From positions 174,282,001-174,346,000 of the forward strand of contig NC_091282.1 of NCBI RefSeq assembly GCF_032444005.1: a DNA stretch of 64,000 nt, read 5' to 3'. The notes beneath the pieces are model-generated. The model saw only the letters and a list, made by a program, of their open reading frames with translations. It did not search any database and was not told where the DNA came from. Position 1 is the stretch's first letter; each line of letters starts with the position of its first letter. Below, in pieces: positions 11,945-24,047 of the stretch. The stretch comes from Ranitomeya imitator (taxonomy: Eukaryota). Made by a program: the position numbers and the translations under genes.

Positions 11945-11950
11945 ATAGAT

Positions 11951-12030
<80 letters not shown>
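11945..12030 (+). repeat. (GATA)n microsatellite
   Basis: About 20 tandem tagatagata-type units. Confidence 0.97.
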
Positions 12031-12031
<1 letters not shown>

Positions 12032-12949
12032 AGATATAGGCTATGTCAAAATTACAAATAAATACCACCTATAAACACTGGTAAAAAAAATCGGAAAATC
12101 ATGGCATTTTTAAAAAAGCTCCCATAAAAAGTTTTAAAATACTGTGTGAGGAACCCCGAGGGTGAAAACCAATAACCTTTAGCACTACTGTTGGGGTATA
12201 ACTCAAGCCCCCAGCATTTCACAACTGAAAAAGTACTTTAGATTGTTGAAACCTCATATAGAGCATTGTAAGCAATAGGATATACTTTATTTAACTTTGC
12301 TCTCTTTCTTTCATTCTTTCTCTCTCTTGTTCTCACTCTCATTCTCTCTGCATATTTGCTCTACTCAGCACATGACTGAACTAGCAAAACACTGGATGTG
12401 TAATGAATATTGCTCATATCTGCTTTTCTGTACTCTACAGCTATTCATGTCTGATAAAAGTCCATGTTTTGGAACAGAAATATTGCTGTTGTTCATTTTG
12501 AACTCAATCTTAGATATAAACAAAATGACAAAATTCCTGCAGTGAATAAATAAATAGCAACAGTGCATGAAAATATCTTTGGGTACTTAGTTAACATAAT
12601 TTTGATTAAAAAGAAAAATAAAAGCCATCCTACTGCATCAAGGTGACCCTAATTGGGACAGTCCTAACCTCTAGTATTAAAACCTTGCCAAATGTAAAAT
12701 CACTTAAATGTGAATAATGCCAATCAGGACTGAGGCCCCACCTAAAGGACACCCATCCATGGGGAGCTATATAAACGTAATATCCAGCTCAAAGAAAAGA
12801 GAGGCCCTAATTCACATATACTTCATTTGACATATAGTAGGGTTTTAATACTACAGTTATTTTCATGCACTATTTCTATTTTTTTATTCACTGCAGTGAG
12901 TATTTGCTAATTTTGTTTTTAATCTTAGGTTTTGTTTGTTTAGTAGCAA

Positions 12950-13678
12950 GTCTTTGCCCCTCCTTTCGCCTCATTCAAAATAAAACAATAAAAAAAATCA
13001 AACCTACACATATTTCGTATCGCCGCATTCATAATCGCCTGATCTATCAATAAAAAAGGATTAACCTGATTGCTAAACAGCGTAGCGAGAAAAAAAATTG
13101 AAACGCCAGAATTACGTTTTTTTGGTCGCCGCTACATTGCATTAAAATTCAATAGAGGGCGATTAAAAGAACGTATCTGCACCAAAATAGTATCATTAAA
13201 AACGTCAGTTCGGCACACAAAAAATAAGCCCTCATGTGACCCCAGATCACGAAAAATAGAGACGGGTATGGGAAAATTGCGCAATTTATTTATTTTATTT
13301 TTTTTAGCAAAGTTTGGAATTTTTTTTTACCACTTAGATAAAAGGTAACCTAGACATGTTTGGTGTCTATGAACTCATAATAAACTGGAGAATCATAAAG
13401 GCAGTTTTAGCATTTATTGAACTTAGCAAAAAAGCCAAGCAAAAAACAAGTGTGGGATTGCACTTTTTTTGCAATTTCACCACACTTGGAATTTTTTTCC
13501 CATTTTCTAGTACACGATATGCTAAAACCAATGATGTCGTTCAAAAGTGTAACTTGTCCCGCAAAAACAAGCCCTCACATGGCCATATTGATGGAAAAAT
13601 AAAAAAGTTATGGCTCTGGGAAGGAGGGGAGTGAAAAATGAGAACGCAAAAATGGAAAAGGGCAAGGTCGTGAAGGGT
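12950..13678 (+). mobile_element. piggyBac-like non-autonomous element, right half
   Basis: Matches 36550-37271 and ends ggtcgtgaagggt|TTAA. Left boundary approximate. Confidence 0.75.
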
Positions 13679-13749
13679 TTAAATGGGGAGAGTGATGCTA
13701 AATTATTTCTGTTTTCAGGAGATAAAGAAAAATGCATAATATTGGACTT

Positions 13750-15436
13750 AGAACATCCCACAAAAAGATGATTACAAGGCAGTATTTGTTAATCAAAAGT
13801 GAATATTTATTAAAGTAATACAAAGTTTAAAACCATATTGACAGATTTAGGGGAATAGGACAATATCCCTCTCCAATATCCAATGTTGACGCGCAGCACC
13901 AAGTAACAAACAAGTACATCCCATATCAGATGTTATGGTGGGGAATACAAATGCCACTAATAATTCAATCCATGTATCGTATTAACGTGTAGTATAACTA
14001 CGGCAGATAACAATAGTACGCACTATATGATTGCACACTATGTGGAAACTACCAATCACACCCCACCAATATACAGCCTACACCACTGCCAAATATTACC
14101 AATACAGCTATACCAGATATTACTTGTGAAGCAACAAGTGGTCAGTGGACCGGTATAATTACCTATTTAGAGGCCGAGATATGGACTCCACGTTGTCACC
14201 TGGGCCCGCACGTCCGCCCCGACGCGCGTTTCGGACTCCTTTTTCAAGGGGCCTGTGATATGCCAGTGTCCCAGACCGTTTATAGTTCCGGTGAGCGGCA
14301 AGTACGCCGCAAACCCGGAAGTGACGCGCGCTGTTGCCCGGTCAACGGGCACGCCAGCCGGCGTCGGCGTCATAGCATGGGTGGAGCCGGGGTGGGCCCC
14401 AACCACACCAAGAGACGCCGAGAGCCGGCGGGCGCGACCGCAAGCAGGCAGCACGCGCGTGCAGGGACAGGATAGCAGGGACACCTGCATAAGACTAATA
14501 TGTTCTCCAAAATGGAGCTCCGTGGCCGCAGAGATGATCATTGCTTAACATGTCAATATGTTTACATATCAAAAAACAGCAGAAATATACATAACATATA
14601 CAGAATATAAATACATCAAAACACAAAACAAAATAACGCCAGGACATCCTTATATATACTATTAAACGCATATATATTTTATGGACATATAGGTGACCAA
14701 TATAATTATATTCCAGTACATCTTGCATTGCTTCACCATCCCATGCCATATATATGTATTCTTGTCCTGCCGTAGCTGTTTATCCCTGGACTCACAAAAA
14801 CATAAGGAACCAATCAACGATATATGATAATTCACTGAAAGAAAAGACATAACACATAAATTAATAAATAAATTAAAAAACACGGAAAAAGGAGAGAATA
14901 CCTTAGATATGCCACGATTTGTCCATAATTTTCCTCATACGAGTAAACTGCTTCACCAGTAATATCTGGTATAGCTGTATTGGTAATATTTGGCAGTGGT
15001 GTAGGCTGTATATTGGTGGGGTGTGATTGGTAGTTTCCACATAGTGTGCAATCATATAGTGCGTACTATTGTTATCTGCCGTAGTTACACTACACTTTAA
15101 TACTATACATGGATTGAATTATTAGTGGCATTTGTATTCCCCACCATAACATCTGATATGGGATGTACTTGTTTGTTACTTGGTGCTGCGCGTCAACATT
15201 GGATATTGGAGAGTGATATTGTCCTATTCCCCTAAATCTGTCAATATGGTTTTAAACTTTGTAGTACTTTAATAAATATTCACTTTTGATTAACAAATAC
15301 TGCCTTGCAATCATCTTTTTGTGGGGTGTTCTATGTAGTAGTTGATGATGGGCTAGCAGAGTCCTGTCGTTTGCATGGTTACTAATGTTAGAATTATTTG
15401 TATTTTACCATGCTTCGCTGTCATTTGTGTATATGG
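13750..15436 (-). mobile_element. Non-coding Penelope-type insertion with long inverted repeat and hammerhead
   Basis: 14-bp direct repeat ataatattggactt at 13736-13749 and 15437-15450. Inverted arms of ~385 bp at 13749-14133 and 14949-15333. HHR at 14216-14252. Confidence 0.75.
14216..14252 (-). ncRNA. Minimal type I hammerhead ribozyme, U3-A8 core variant
   Basis: Minus strand: GCCCC-TTGAAAA-A-GG-AGT-CC-GAAAC-GCGC-GTC-GGGGC. 5-bp stem I, intact GAAAC, self-complementary stem III (ACGCGCGT) and a GUC site. Confidence 0.7.
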
Positions 15437-15469
15437 ATAATATTGGACTTGAAGTTTATTTCGAAGCTG

Positions 15470-16380
15470 GAAATTGAGTTAAAGAAGTGCAATTCAGTGA
15501 ATAAAATCTGAATAGAGTTGTCAGGATCTACCAAAAAGAAAAATATGTCATCTGCGTATGCTGCACATTTGTGTTCAACTGTGCTGATTTTCAATCCTTT
15601 GATCTTAGGAGATTGTCATATTTTCTGCAAGAATGTCTCTAATGAGAGAATTAACAAAAGGAGCGATAGGGGGCAACCTTGCCTTGTGCCATTTTTTATG
15701 TCAAAGCTGGCTGATAGTGTGTTATTAATTTTAATTTTCGCAGAGGGTGCTGTGTATAGGGCAGATATTTTATGTATAAAATTTAGAGGGAAACCAAATT
15801 TTGCAAGCGCTTGTTCCATGAAATACCAATCAACGCGATCGAAAGCTTTCTCTGCGTCTGTGGAGAGAATTGACATTTGTATATTGTGTGGTTTTGCTAG
15901 ATGAATTACATTGATTGCCCTCATGACGTTATCCTTGGCTTCTCTTCCTTCGACAAAGCCAACTTGTTCTGGGTTTATCAGATCTGGAAGAAGTTTTTGT
16001 ATTCTGTTTGCTAATATTTTTGGCGTATAATTTCACATCGTTATTGATGAGCGAAATTGGCTTGTAACTGCCGCAAGAGGTGGGGTCTTTTCCTTCTTTT
16101 GGAATGAGGCTAATGTAGGCTACTAGAGACTCTTTTTGGAAATTGCTGGATTTACTAATATGAATAAAATAATCTGTCAAATGTTGGGATAATTCAGGTT
16201 TAAAATATTTGTAATATTCAATCGAAAAACCGTCTGGACCTGGATTTTATCCGCTTGGAGATCGGTTTTTCGCGTCTTCCACTTCTTCTTTAGTTATGGG
16301 ATTATCTAAAAAGAATTCTATTGAAGGTCCGTGATTTGGGGAAGGGAAACGTCTTTTAAGAAATTTTGCGTTTTAACAAT
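15470..16380 (-). pseudogene. L1-clade LINE ORF2 (reverse transcriptase) fragment
   Basis: PGPDGF, AYISLIPKEGKD..SYKPISLINNDVK, STDAEKAFDRVDW and GTRQGCPLS motifs, broken by stops and frameshifts. Boundaries approximate. Confidence 0.88.
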
Positions 16381-16979
16381 CCTATCGAATATTTAGTTTT
16401 CTACTAAAAACATTGAGCTCTTTACAATAGATTAAAATGTTGAAATAGTCTTTGTTGCCCTTGGTAGCTTCATTTTTGTAGCTGTTGTGTAGCTTGCCCC
16501 ATTTCTTTGTGAGGGTCACCACGTTATTCTGCTTTGTGAAGACTGAGCCTTTATTCAGATAAAACTTTATGTGAGAAATTTTTAGTTCTATCTTATTTGG
16601 GAGGACCATTTTATAGAGAATAAATTTCAACGTGTGCGTGTGAGATTTACGCAAAGATGTTTCTTTGCAGTTTAGACAGTTCTAGCTAGAGTTTTGACAA
16701 TTGGCACTACTACTTTTCGACTGAATCTCATAATGATCAATAATAATCTGATTTTTTTTATGTGTACTTGTAAATGTTGCTTGGAGCTCATTATGTTATG
16801 CAACTTTTGGCTTAGACGGAACTAAACATTTTAGACAAAAACTAAGCAACTAGAAAGTGAGTATTTATAAATCTTTCATTCTCAATCACAGAACTATTTT
16901 CCATTATGTGATGATGAAAATATTTTATTTGTAACATTCAGACTAGGAGAAAAGATGAGATATTTTATAGAGTCATATA

Positions 16980-18410
16980 CCGTATATACTCGAGTATAAG
17001 CCGACCCGAGTATAAGCCGACCCCCCTAATTTTGCCACAAAAAACTGGGAAAACTTATTGACTCGAGTATAAGCCTAGGGTGGAAATGCAGCATTTACCG
17101 GTGAATTTCAAAAATAAAAATAGATCATTATTTCCCCATAGCTGTGCCATATAGTGCTCTGCACCGTTCATATTTCCCCATAGGTGTGAACCATATAGTG
17201 CTCTGCACCGTTCATTGTGCCCCCTAGCTGTGCCATATACGGTGCTCTGCACCGTTCACTGTGCCCCATAGCTGTGCCATATACGGTGCTCTGCACCGTT
17301 CACTGTGCCCCATAGCTGTGCTGTGCCATATACGGTGCTCTGCACCGTTCACTGTGCCCCATAGCTGTGCCATATACGGTGCTCTGCACCGTTCACTGTG
17401 CCCCATAGCTGTGCTGTGCCATATACGGTGCTCTGCACCGTTCACTGTGCCCCATAGCTGTGCTGTGCCATATACGGTGCTCTGCACTGTTCACTGTGCC
17501 CCATAGCTGTGCTGTGCCATATACGGTGCTCTGCACCGTTCACTGTGCCCCATAGCTGTGCTGTGTCATATACGGTGCTCTGCACCGTTCACTGTGCCCC
17601 ATAGCTGTGCTGTGCCATATACGGTGCTCTGCACCGTTCACTGTGCCCCATAGCTGTGCTGTGCCATATACGGTGCTCTGCACCGTTCACTGTGCCCCAT
17701 AGCTGTGCTGTGCCATATACGGTGCTCTGCACCGTTCACTGTGCCCCATAGATGTTCCACATAAATTTGTGCCGCCGCTGCCGCAATAAAGAAAAAAAAA
17801 CACATACTCACCTCCCTTGATTGCAGCTCCCGGCGTCTCGTTCCGGCGCCTCCATCTTCCCGGCGTCTCTGCTCTGACTGATCAGGCAGAGGGCGCCGCG
17901 CACACTATATGCGTCATCGCGCCCTCTGCCTGAACAGTCAGAGAGCAGAGACGCCGGGAAGATGGAGGCGCCGGCCGGGAAGATGGATCGGCGCCCGGCG
18001 GCTGGAACGAGGACAGGTGAATATGCTATACTCACCTAGTCCTGGCGATCCTCGCGCTGTCCCCTCCTGTCTTCGGTGCCGCAGCTTCTTTCTCTATCAG
18101 CGGTCACCGGCACCGCTGATTAGAGAAATGAATAAGCGGCTCCGCCCCTATGGGAGGTGGAGCCGCTTATTCATTTCTGTAATGAGCGGTCCCACGTGAC
18201 CGCTGAAGAGAGGAAGAAACTGCAGCGCCGAAGCCCGTGGGACGGCAGGGACAGCGCGAGGATCGCTGGGACTAGGTAAGTATACCCTAGCGCCCTCAGC
18301 TCCTCACCTGCCGACCCCACCGCTACCGTGACTCGAGTATAAGCCGAGGGGGGCACTTTCAGCCCAAAAATTTGGGCTGAAAATCTCGGCTTATACTCGA
18401 GTATATACGG
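16980..18410. mobile_element. pogo/Tigger-like (Tc1/mariner superfamily) non-autonomous element
   Basis: TA|CCGTATATACTCGAGTATAAGCCGA ... TCGGCTTATACTCGAGTATATACGG|TA: perfect 25-bp TIR with a TA TSD. Confidence 0.88.
17140..17750 (+). repeat. 44/49-bp minisatellite inside the pogo-like element
   Basis: Unit gctgtgccatatacggtgctctgcaccgttcactgtgccccata (17227, 17271...). Later units gain an extra gctgt. Confidence 0.92.
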
Positions 18411-18914
18411 TAAATTTGAATCAGCATTATTCTACAACACAATAAACTGAATTTCCCCATACAGCTTGCTTTAATTGCAGTATATTGGGTTCTATAGCTT
18501 CAACATAATGTGCAAATATTACTGAAAAATAAAAAAGGAAACTGTGCTGATTTTCAGTTATTGGTACATTATTCAATTTCCCACTAGATTGTTTTCTAAG
18601 CGTCATTCATTTTTTAATCAGTTTACATTTTCATATTTATTTTTTAAACATGATGAAATTTACAATGTTAAAATTATTATATAATATTAGTCATATAGTT
18701 ATATAGTGTAAATAATAATGATGAATGTCCAGATTAACATAGATAAGTAAGTTCCCTGTCCTGCTCTGCACCCATGTACACTGAGGTTGTGGTCTTAAAA
18801 CTAGAGTACAGTTACATTCCAATTGGGGTACACCTTGTCATGGTGGGATGGATTTTATACTTTTTTGATCAAAAACAATGTTTACTAAGTACCCTATGTT
18901 ATTTATATGTACTA

Positions 18915-19442
18915 CTAGATTGTGGCCCGATTCTAACGCATCGGGTATTCTAGAATATGCATGTCCCCGTAGTATATGGACAATGATGATTCCAGAATTC
19001 GCGGCAGACTGTGCCCGTCGCTGATTGGTCGAGGCAACCTTTATGACATCATCGTCGCAATGGCAACCATTATGACATCATCGTCGCTGTGCCCGTTGCT
19101 GATTGGTCGAGGCAACCTTTATGACATCATTGTCGCCATGGCAACCATTATGACATCATCGTCGCTGTGCCCGTTGCTGATTGGTCGAGGCCGCCCGGCC
19201 TCGACCAATCAGAGACGCAGGAAGTCTACGTCCTTTATGACATCATCGTCGCTGTGCTCGTCGCTGATTGGTCGAGGCCTGGCGGCCTCGACCAATCAGA
19301 GACGCGGGATTTCTACGTCGATGCTGTGCCGGTCTCTGATTGGTCGAGGCCTGGCGGCCTCGACCAATCAGAGGGCCGGGATTTCCAGGACAGACAGACA
19401 GACAGACAGACAGACGGAAAAACCCTTAGACAATTATATATA
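18915..19442 (-). mobile_element. Short non-autonomous Helitron
   Basis: The minus-strand 3' end has the hairpin cccgatgcgttagaatcggg followed by CTAG|T (18918-18914). The other end has a (GACA)n tract and tatataattgtctaaggg, and the terminal TC is degenerate. Internal ~60-bp repeats. Confidence 0.7.
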
Positions 19443-20319
19443 CTATTACTATTTACTTACATACAGTACTTACAGCAGAGTATATGCTCATTTTATTTAT
19501 TCCCAAGGTTTTGTCTGTTAAATAGCCACAGTATGAACATGCTCATTTCTTTGATGATAAGAGTGTAGATGATGCATATATGATATTATATAACTTGACT
19601 GGAGCTACTCTGGAGTAAAATGTTGCTAGATGTGCTCAATTCACCAAATACAGTTGTTAAACTTAAAACTGGATTGAAGTACCAATTATTTTACAAATTG
19701 CATTTTGGTTCTCATAGTTTGCAAAAAATATCGACTTTATCCCTGAAACACAAATTCTAAGTGTAAGCCATGAGGAATAGATAGCATTGTCAATTCCATC
19801 TGAGTTAGTTCGCAATGTTTAAAGGCTCTATATTGGGTACTATGTCGGCTCTTGAGAAATTCTATAGCCCTACTTTATTAGCTAATTTCCAAGAAGGTAA
19901 TAACCACTAGATTGTTTAAGAAAATATATAAAGCTTTATAAAACGTACAAAACCTTACAAAATGTACAATGGGTGCATACAGGCGTGACACAGAACAACA
20001 AGAGGAGAGGGAATGTGTATACTAACAGTCATTTGATATAAACAAATTTAGGGTGAGATTCATTGCCATTTAAGTGACCATAATTGATTAACACTAAATA
20101 TATGTACTTTATACAAAATATCTACAATTTATCTTTATACTTTACATAGCCTATTTACGACTTATCATATATATCTCGCATGAATCCTCTGTGGCAAATT
20201 TTTTGCTCTAACCTACTTTGTTAGGTGCAATCTATGCGGTATCATTTCCTGTGGGCATTTTGTAACATTATGGCAAATGGGCAGTAAAATTCCTTTTGGT
20301 GGTATGTGCCACTTGTTTT

Positions 20320-21109
20320 TCTTACACACACAGATTAGCTTCACCCGGTAAGAAGGAAGCGAACCCTGTTACGTCACAGGGACACGATACTGCACAGAGA
20401 GCGCAAGCAAGGCGACACAGAACTCTGCCCCAAGACTCAGGGTGACTCAGGGTGAGCAAAACATTTAGCGCACCGGAGTGCATGCAGCGCCGCTCTGGCG
20501 GACGCCACTAACCTCTCTAACTAGGGCTAGAAAAGCGCACTATCTGCGCGCGACACCGCTCTGGTGGTCACTGCTAACTAGATTCTGTATCTTGTGCTAA
20601 TGTGCAGGATAGCACTGTCGGGCACTTGGTAGCTCTACCATTCGCGAGCAGGCAACAACACTAGGGATGGCAATGATTCGGAGCTTTCATTCATCAACAG
20701 GCATTCATCCACACATATTAACAAGTTTAAACTAGCCCATGGCTGAGCAGCTATGCAAACCTTTTATAGTAGTAGTGCTCCGGGACCTTCCTGGTGGTCC
20801 AATAGGAGCTGCAACAGGACCTGAGCAAGTGACCCCCGACCTCCAATGGGAGGTCGTCCCATGGTCATGCACAGTGTGGGAAAAGCAGGACTTGGTCCCT
20901 GAAATGCCTGATCACTGCTGATCAGTGCTGGCTACAAAGGCAGAGCTTGGAAAGGCAGCAGTACCTAAGCACACAGTATCAGCTTGAGTCAGACGCTGGG
21001 ATCAACGTCTCTGCTGAGCAGGTTCCACTGCGGCTGGAGGAGAATGAGAGATCGCAGTGGACATGGTTCGAGATTCCCCCTGTGCAGCGGCGGGAACTCG
21101 ACACCTGAC

Positions 21110-21110
<1 letters not shown>
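20320..21110 (-). mobile_element. Solo Gypsy-type LTR
   Basis: Similar along its length to 1-848 and ends ...acacctgaca (21110). The left TG is mutated and there is no clean TSD. Followed by (TA)n. Confidence 0.75.
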
Positions 21111-21151
<41 letters not shown>

Positions 21152-21429
21152 CAGCTGTGTTATGACCCAATAATAGTTTTACCATAAAACTCGCATAATT
21201 GCACTTTATCAAGGCATAAAAATGGATTTATGTATTCAATTTTTAGGTTAATCTGGGATTTTTTTTCATTTTGCTCTACTAATGTTTATTTAGCCAATTG
21301 TCATTTTGCAACATCTAGGGAAACAAAGGTTGGAGAACAATGATTTGTGGCATAATAAAGGACATTTTGCTGAAATATTCCTCTCTGCCATGTGACTTGG
21401 GACTTAATTCCCAGGGAGGGAATAGGGGG

Positions 21430-22380
21430 AGCGCAGCTGATCACGGCCGGGTGTCAGTTGATTCTCACAGCTGACACCCGGCTTCTGGTACTAAGTGCCA
21501 GGAGCGGTCCTTGACCGCTCTTGGCACTTTAACCCCTGGAACACTGCGATCAAACATGATTATAATGTTCTGGAGCCAGTGTTAGCCGCGGCGGGGTCCC
21601 GATCGCTCCCATGGTAACCCGATCATCATGATGACATATTGGTTACAAGAGCTTAGAGACTTCCTGTCATGAGCAGTGCATGTCAGGAAGTGTTTGAGGT
21701 CAGAGTGCAGCACAGACAGCTTATATGGCATGCAGATGTGTGTCCCATATAAGGGATCAGCCTGCACAAAATGAGTGTCCCATAGTGGGACAAAGTGTAA
21801 AAATTAGAATGAATTAAAAAAAAATTAATAATTGTAAAAATAATTGAAAAAAAGATAATAAAAAATCATAAAACATCAATACTTATTCCATCAATAAATA
21901 AATATTTGAATAAAAAAAATCTAAACAATAAAAGTACACATATTTAGTATCATCGTGTCCATAATGACTCGACCTATAAAACTGTCCCTCTAGTTAACCA
22001 CAAAAGTGAACACCATTAAAAAAAGGCAAAAAAAAATGCTTTATGATCATACCGCTGAACAAAAAGTGGAACAACATGCAATCAAAAAGACATATAAATA
22101 AATAAACATGGTACCGCTTAAAACGTCATCTTGTACTGCAAAAAACAAGCTGCCATATATCGCCATCACCAGAAAATTAAAAAAGTTATAGCTCTCAGAA
22201 TAAAGCAATGCAAAAATAATTATTGTTTAAAAATTATTGTATAAAAGCGTTGAAACATAAAAAAATATAAATGGGGTATCGCTGTCATCGTACTGACCTG
22301 AAGAATAAAACTGTTTTATCAATTTTACAACACTCAGAGTGGTAAAAAAAGAAATTCATGAATTGCTGGTTTTTGTTCAT
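21430..22380 (+). mobile_element. piggyBac-like non-autonomous element, internal fragment
   Basis: Shares the tgtcag...cagctgac motif and the A-rich blocks with the 36054-37271 type. A matching right end (aagggg|TTAA) at 24434 may belong to the same interrupted copy. Confidence 0.5.
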
Positions 22381-23043
22381 TCTTTCAAATAATTTTTTAT
22401 TAACTTTTGGTATGAGATTTAGGAATCAGGGAGGAAAGGCGTGTGTGGGAGGAATAGAGGTGAAGGGGAAAGGGTAAGGGAAAACGGTAACAAAAGGAAA
22501 AGCCCCTATGGGAATAGGGGAGACAAGCAATCATAGATATCTGTAGGTATATACATAGTTAGCCGTTGCTTAAATACAACACCTGAAAAAAAGTATTAAA
22601 TCATACAAACAGTTTGAGTAGTATATGGAACAAATAGGGATAAATCTGTAAAGTAACAAAGTCAAGTGTCACTTAAAGAGTACATCACCCAAAAAAAATT
22701 GTTTAAATCAGCATCTGAAAGTAAGAATACACATTAGCATAGATTATGCGAAACGTATAAACTGTATGGAACAATAAAAAAAATGTTGCTTGAGAGAAAA
22801 AAAATTTCACTTGAGTATATAAGTCAGTTAAACTTAGCGTATGAAGTATATAATGGCCTGTCGTGTCCGGATCACCCCAGATGACTCTAATACCCTGCTG
22901 GGAGGAAAGTTCAGCTCATTCACATGCTGCAATATGGAATATATGAGAAACAGTTTTACAGGGCTTTTTAAGTCATACTTTTCATTTAGCATGAGGATTT
23001 GATTTGAGACTGTGCAAGACCTTGTTTCAGAAAGTCTGCTGAC

Positions 23044-24047
23044 TAGTGTTGAGCGATACCTTCCGATATCAAGAAGTATCGGTATCGGATTGGATCGGCC
23101 GATATCCAAAAAATATACCAATACCCGATACCAATGCAAGTCAATGGGATACAAATATCGGAATGTAAATAAGCCCTTTCTGTCCTTCTACATCCTGTTA
23201 AGGAGGGGGGAAGAGTGTGGGCGGTGCGTGGGCGGACACTGTGCATGTCTGTGTGTGTGGGCGGGGTCTGTATGGGCCTGCCAGGGATCTGAATGGGAGT
23301 CTCGGGGCTCTGTGCAGGCTGCCGGGGCTCTGTGTGTGCCTGCCGGGGCTCTGTGCGGCCTGCCGGGGCTCTGTGTGGGCGTCTCAGGGGTCTGTGTGGG
23401 CCTGCCCCGGCAAGCCCGCACAGAGCCCCGGCAGCCCCACAGAGCCCCGGCAAGCCTGCACAGAGCCCCGGCAGCCTGCACAGAGCCCCGGCAGCCCGCA
23501 CAGACCCCCGGCAGCCCGCACAGAGCCCTGGCAGCCTGCATAGAGCCCCAGCAGGTCGCACAGAGCCCCGTCAGGCCGCATAGAGCCCCTGCAGGTTCGC
23601 ACAGAGCCCCGGCAGGCACACACAGAGCCCTGGCAGGCCGCACAGAGCACCGGCAGGCACGCACAGAGCCCTGGCAGGCCGCACAGTGCCCCGGCAGGCC
23701 GCACAGAGCCCCGACAGGCACACACAGAGCCCCAGCAGGCACGCACAGAGCCCCAGTAGGCACGCACAGAGCTCCAGCAGGCATGCACAGAGCCCCGGCA
23801 GGCCTCACAGAGCCTGGGCAGGCACACACAGTGCCCCCACGGTCATGCACAGACCCCGCCCGCACACACACACATGCAGTCTCCGCCCATGCACCGCCCA
23901 CACTCCATTATAGTGCATCATTGCACTATGGAAACTTCCGATTCCGGTATCAGATATCGCAAAAATATCGGAACTCAGTATCGGAGTTCCGATATAGCGA
24001 ATATCGGCCGATACCCGATATTTACAGTATCGGAATGCTCAACACTA
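23044..24047. mobile_element. hAT-type MITE with internal 20-bp minisatellite
   Basis: TIRs tagtgttgagc / gctcaacacta, with TSD ctgctgac / ctgctgcc (7/8). The interior is cagagccccggcag-type 20-mers. Confidence 0.88.

Larger units (their letters stand above)
8188..11945 (+). mobile_element. Tc1/mariner element with long TIRs and nested insertions
   Basis: Left end TA|CAATCATGGCCGAAA at 8188. About 8200-8340 is inverted at about 10480-10590. The terminal ~30 bp of the right TIR appear displaced to 11914-11945 (right boundary inferred). Confidence 0.75.

Noticed and set aside
17140-17750. Regular 44-49 bp repeats resembling a CRISPR array
   Set aside because: Units are contiguous with no unique spacers, there are no cas genes, and the array sits inside a eukaryotic transposon.
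18976-19568. 181-aa and 133-aa ORFs
   Set aside because: They are translations of ~60-bp repeats and (GACA)n inside a non-autonomous Helitron.
19600-20050. Possible L1 ORF2 3' remnant (also 22380-23040)
   Set aside because: Too decayed to support with a recognisable motif by eye.
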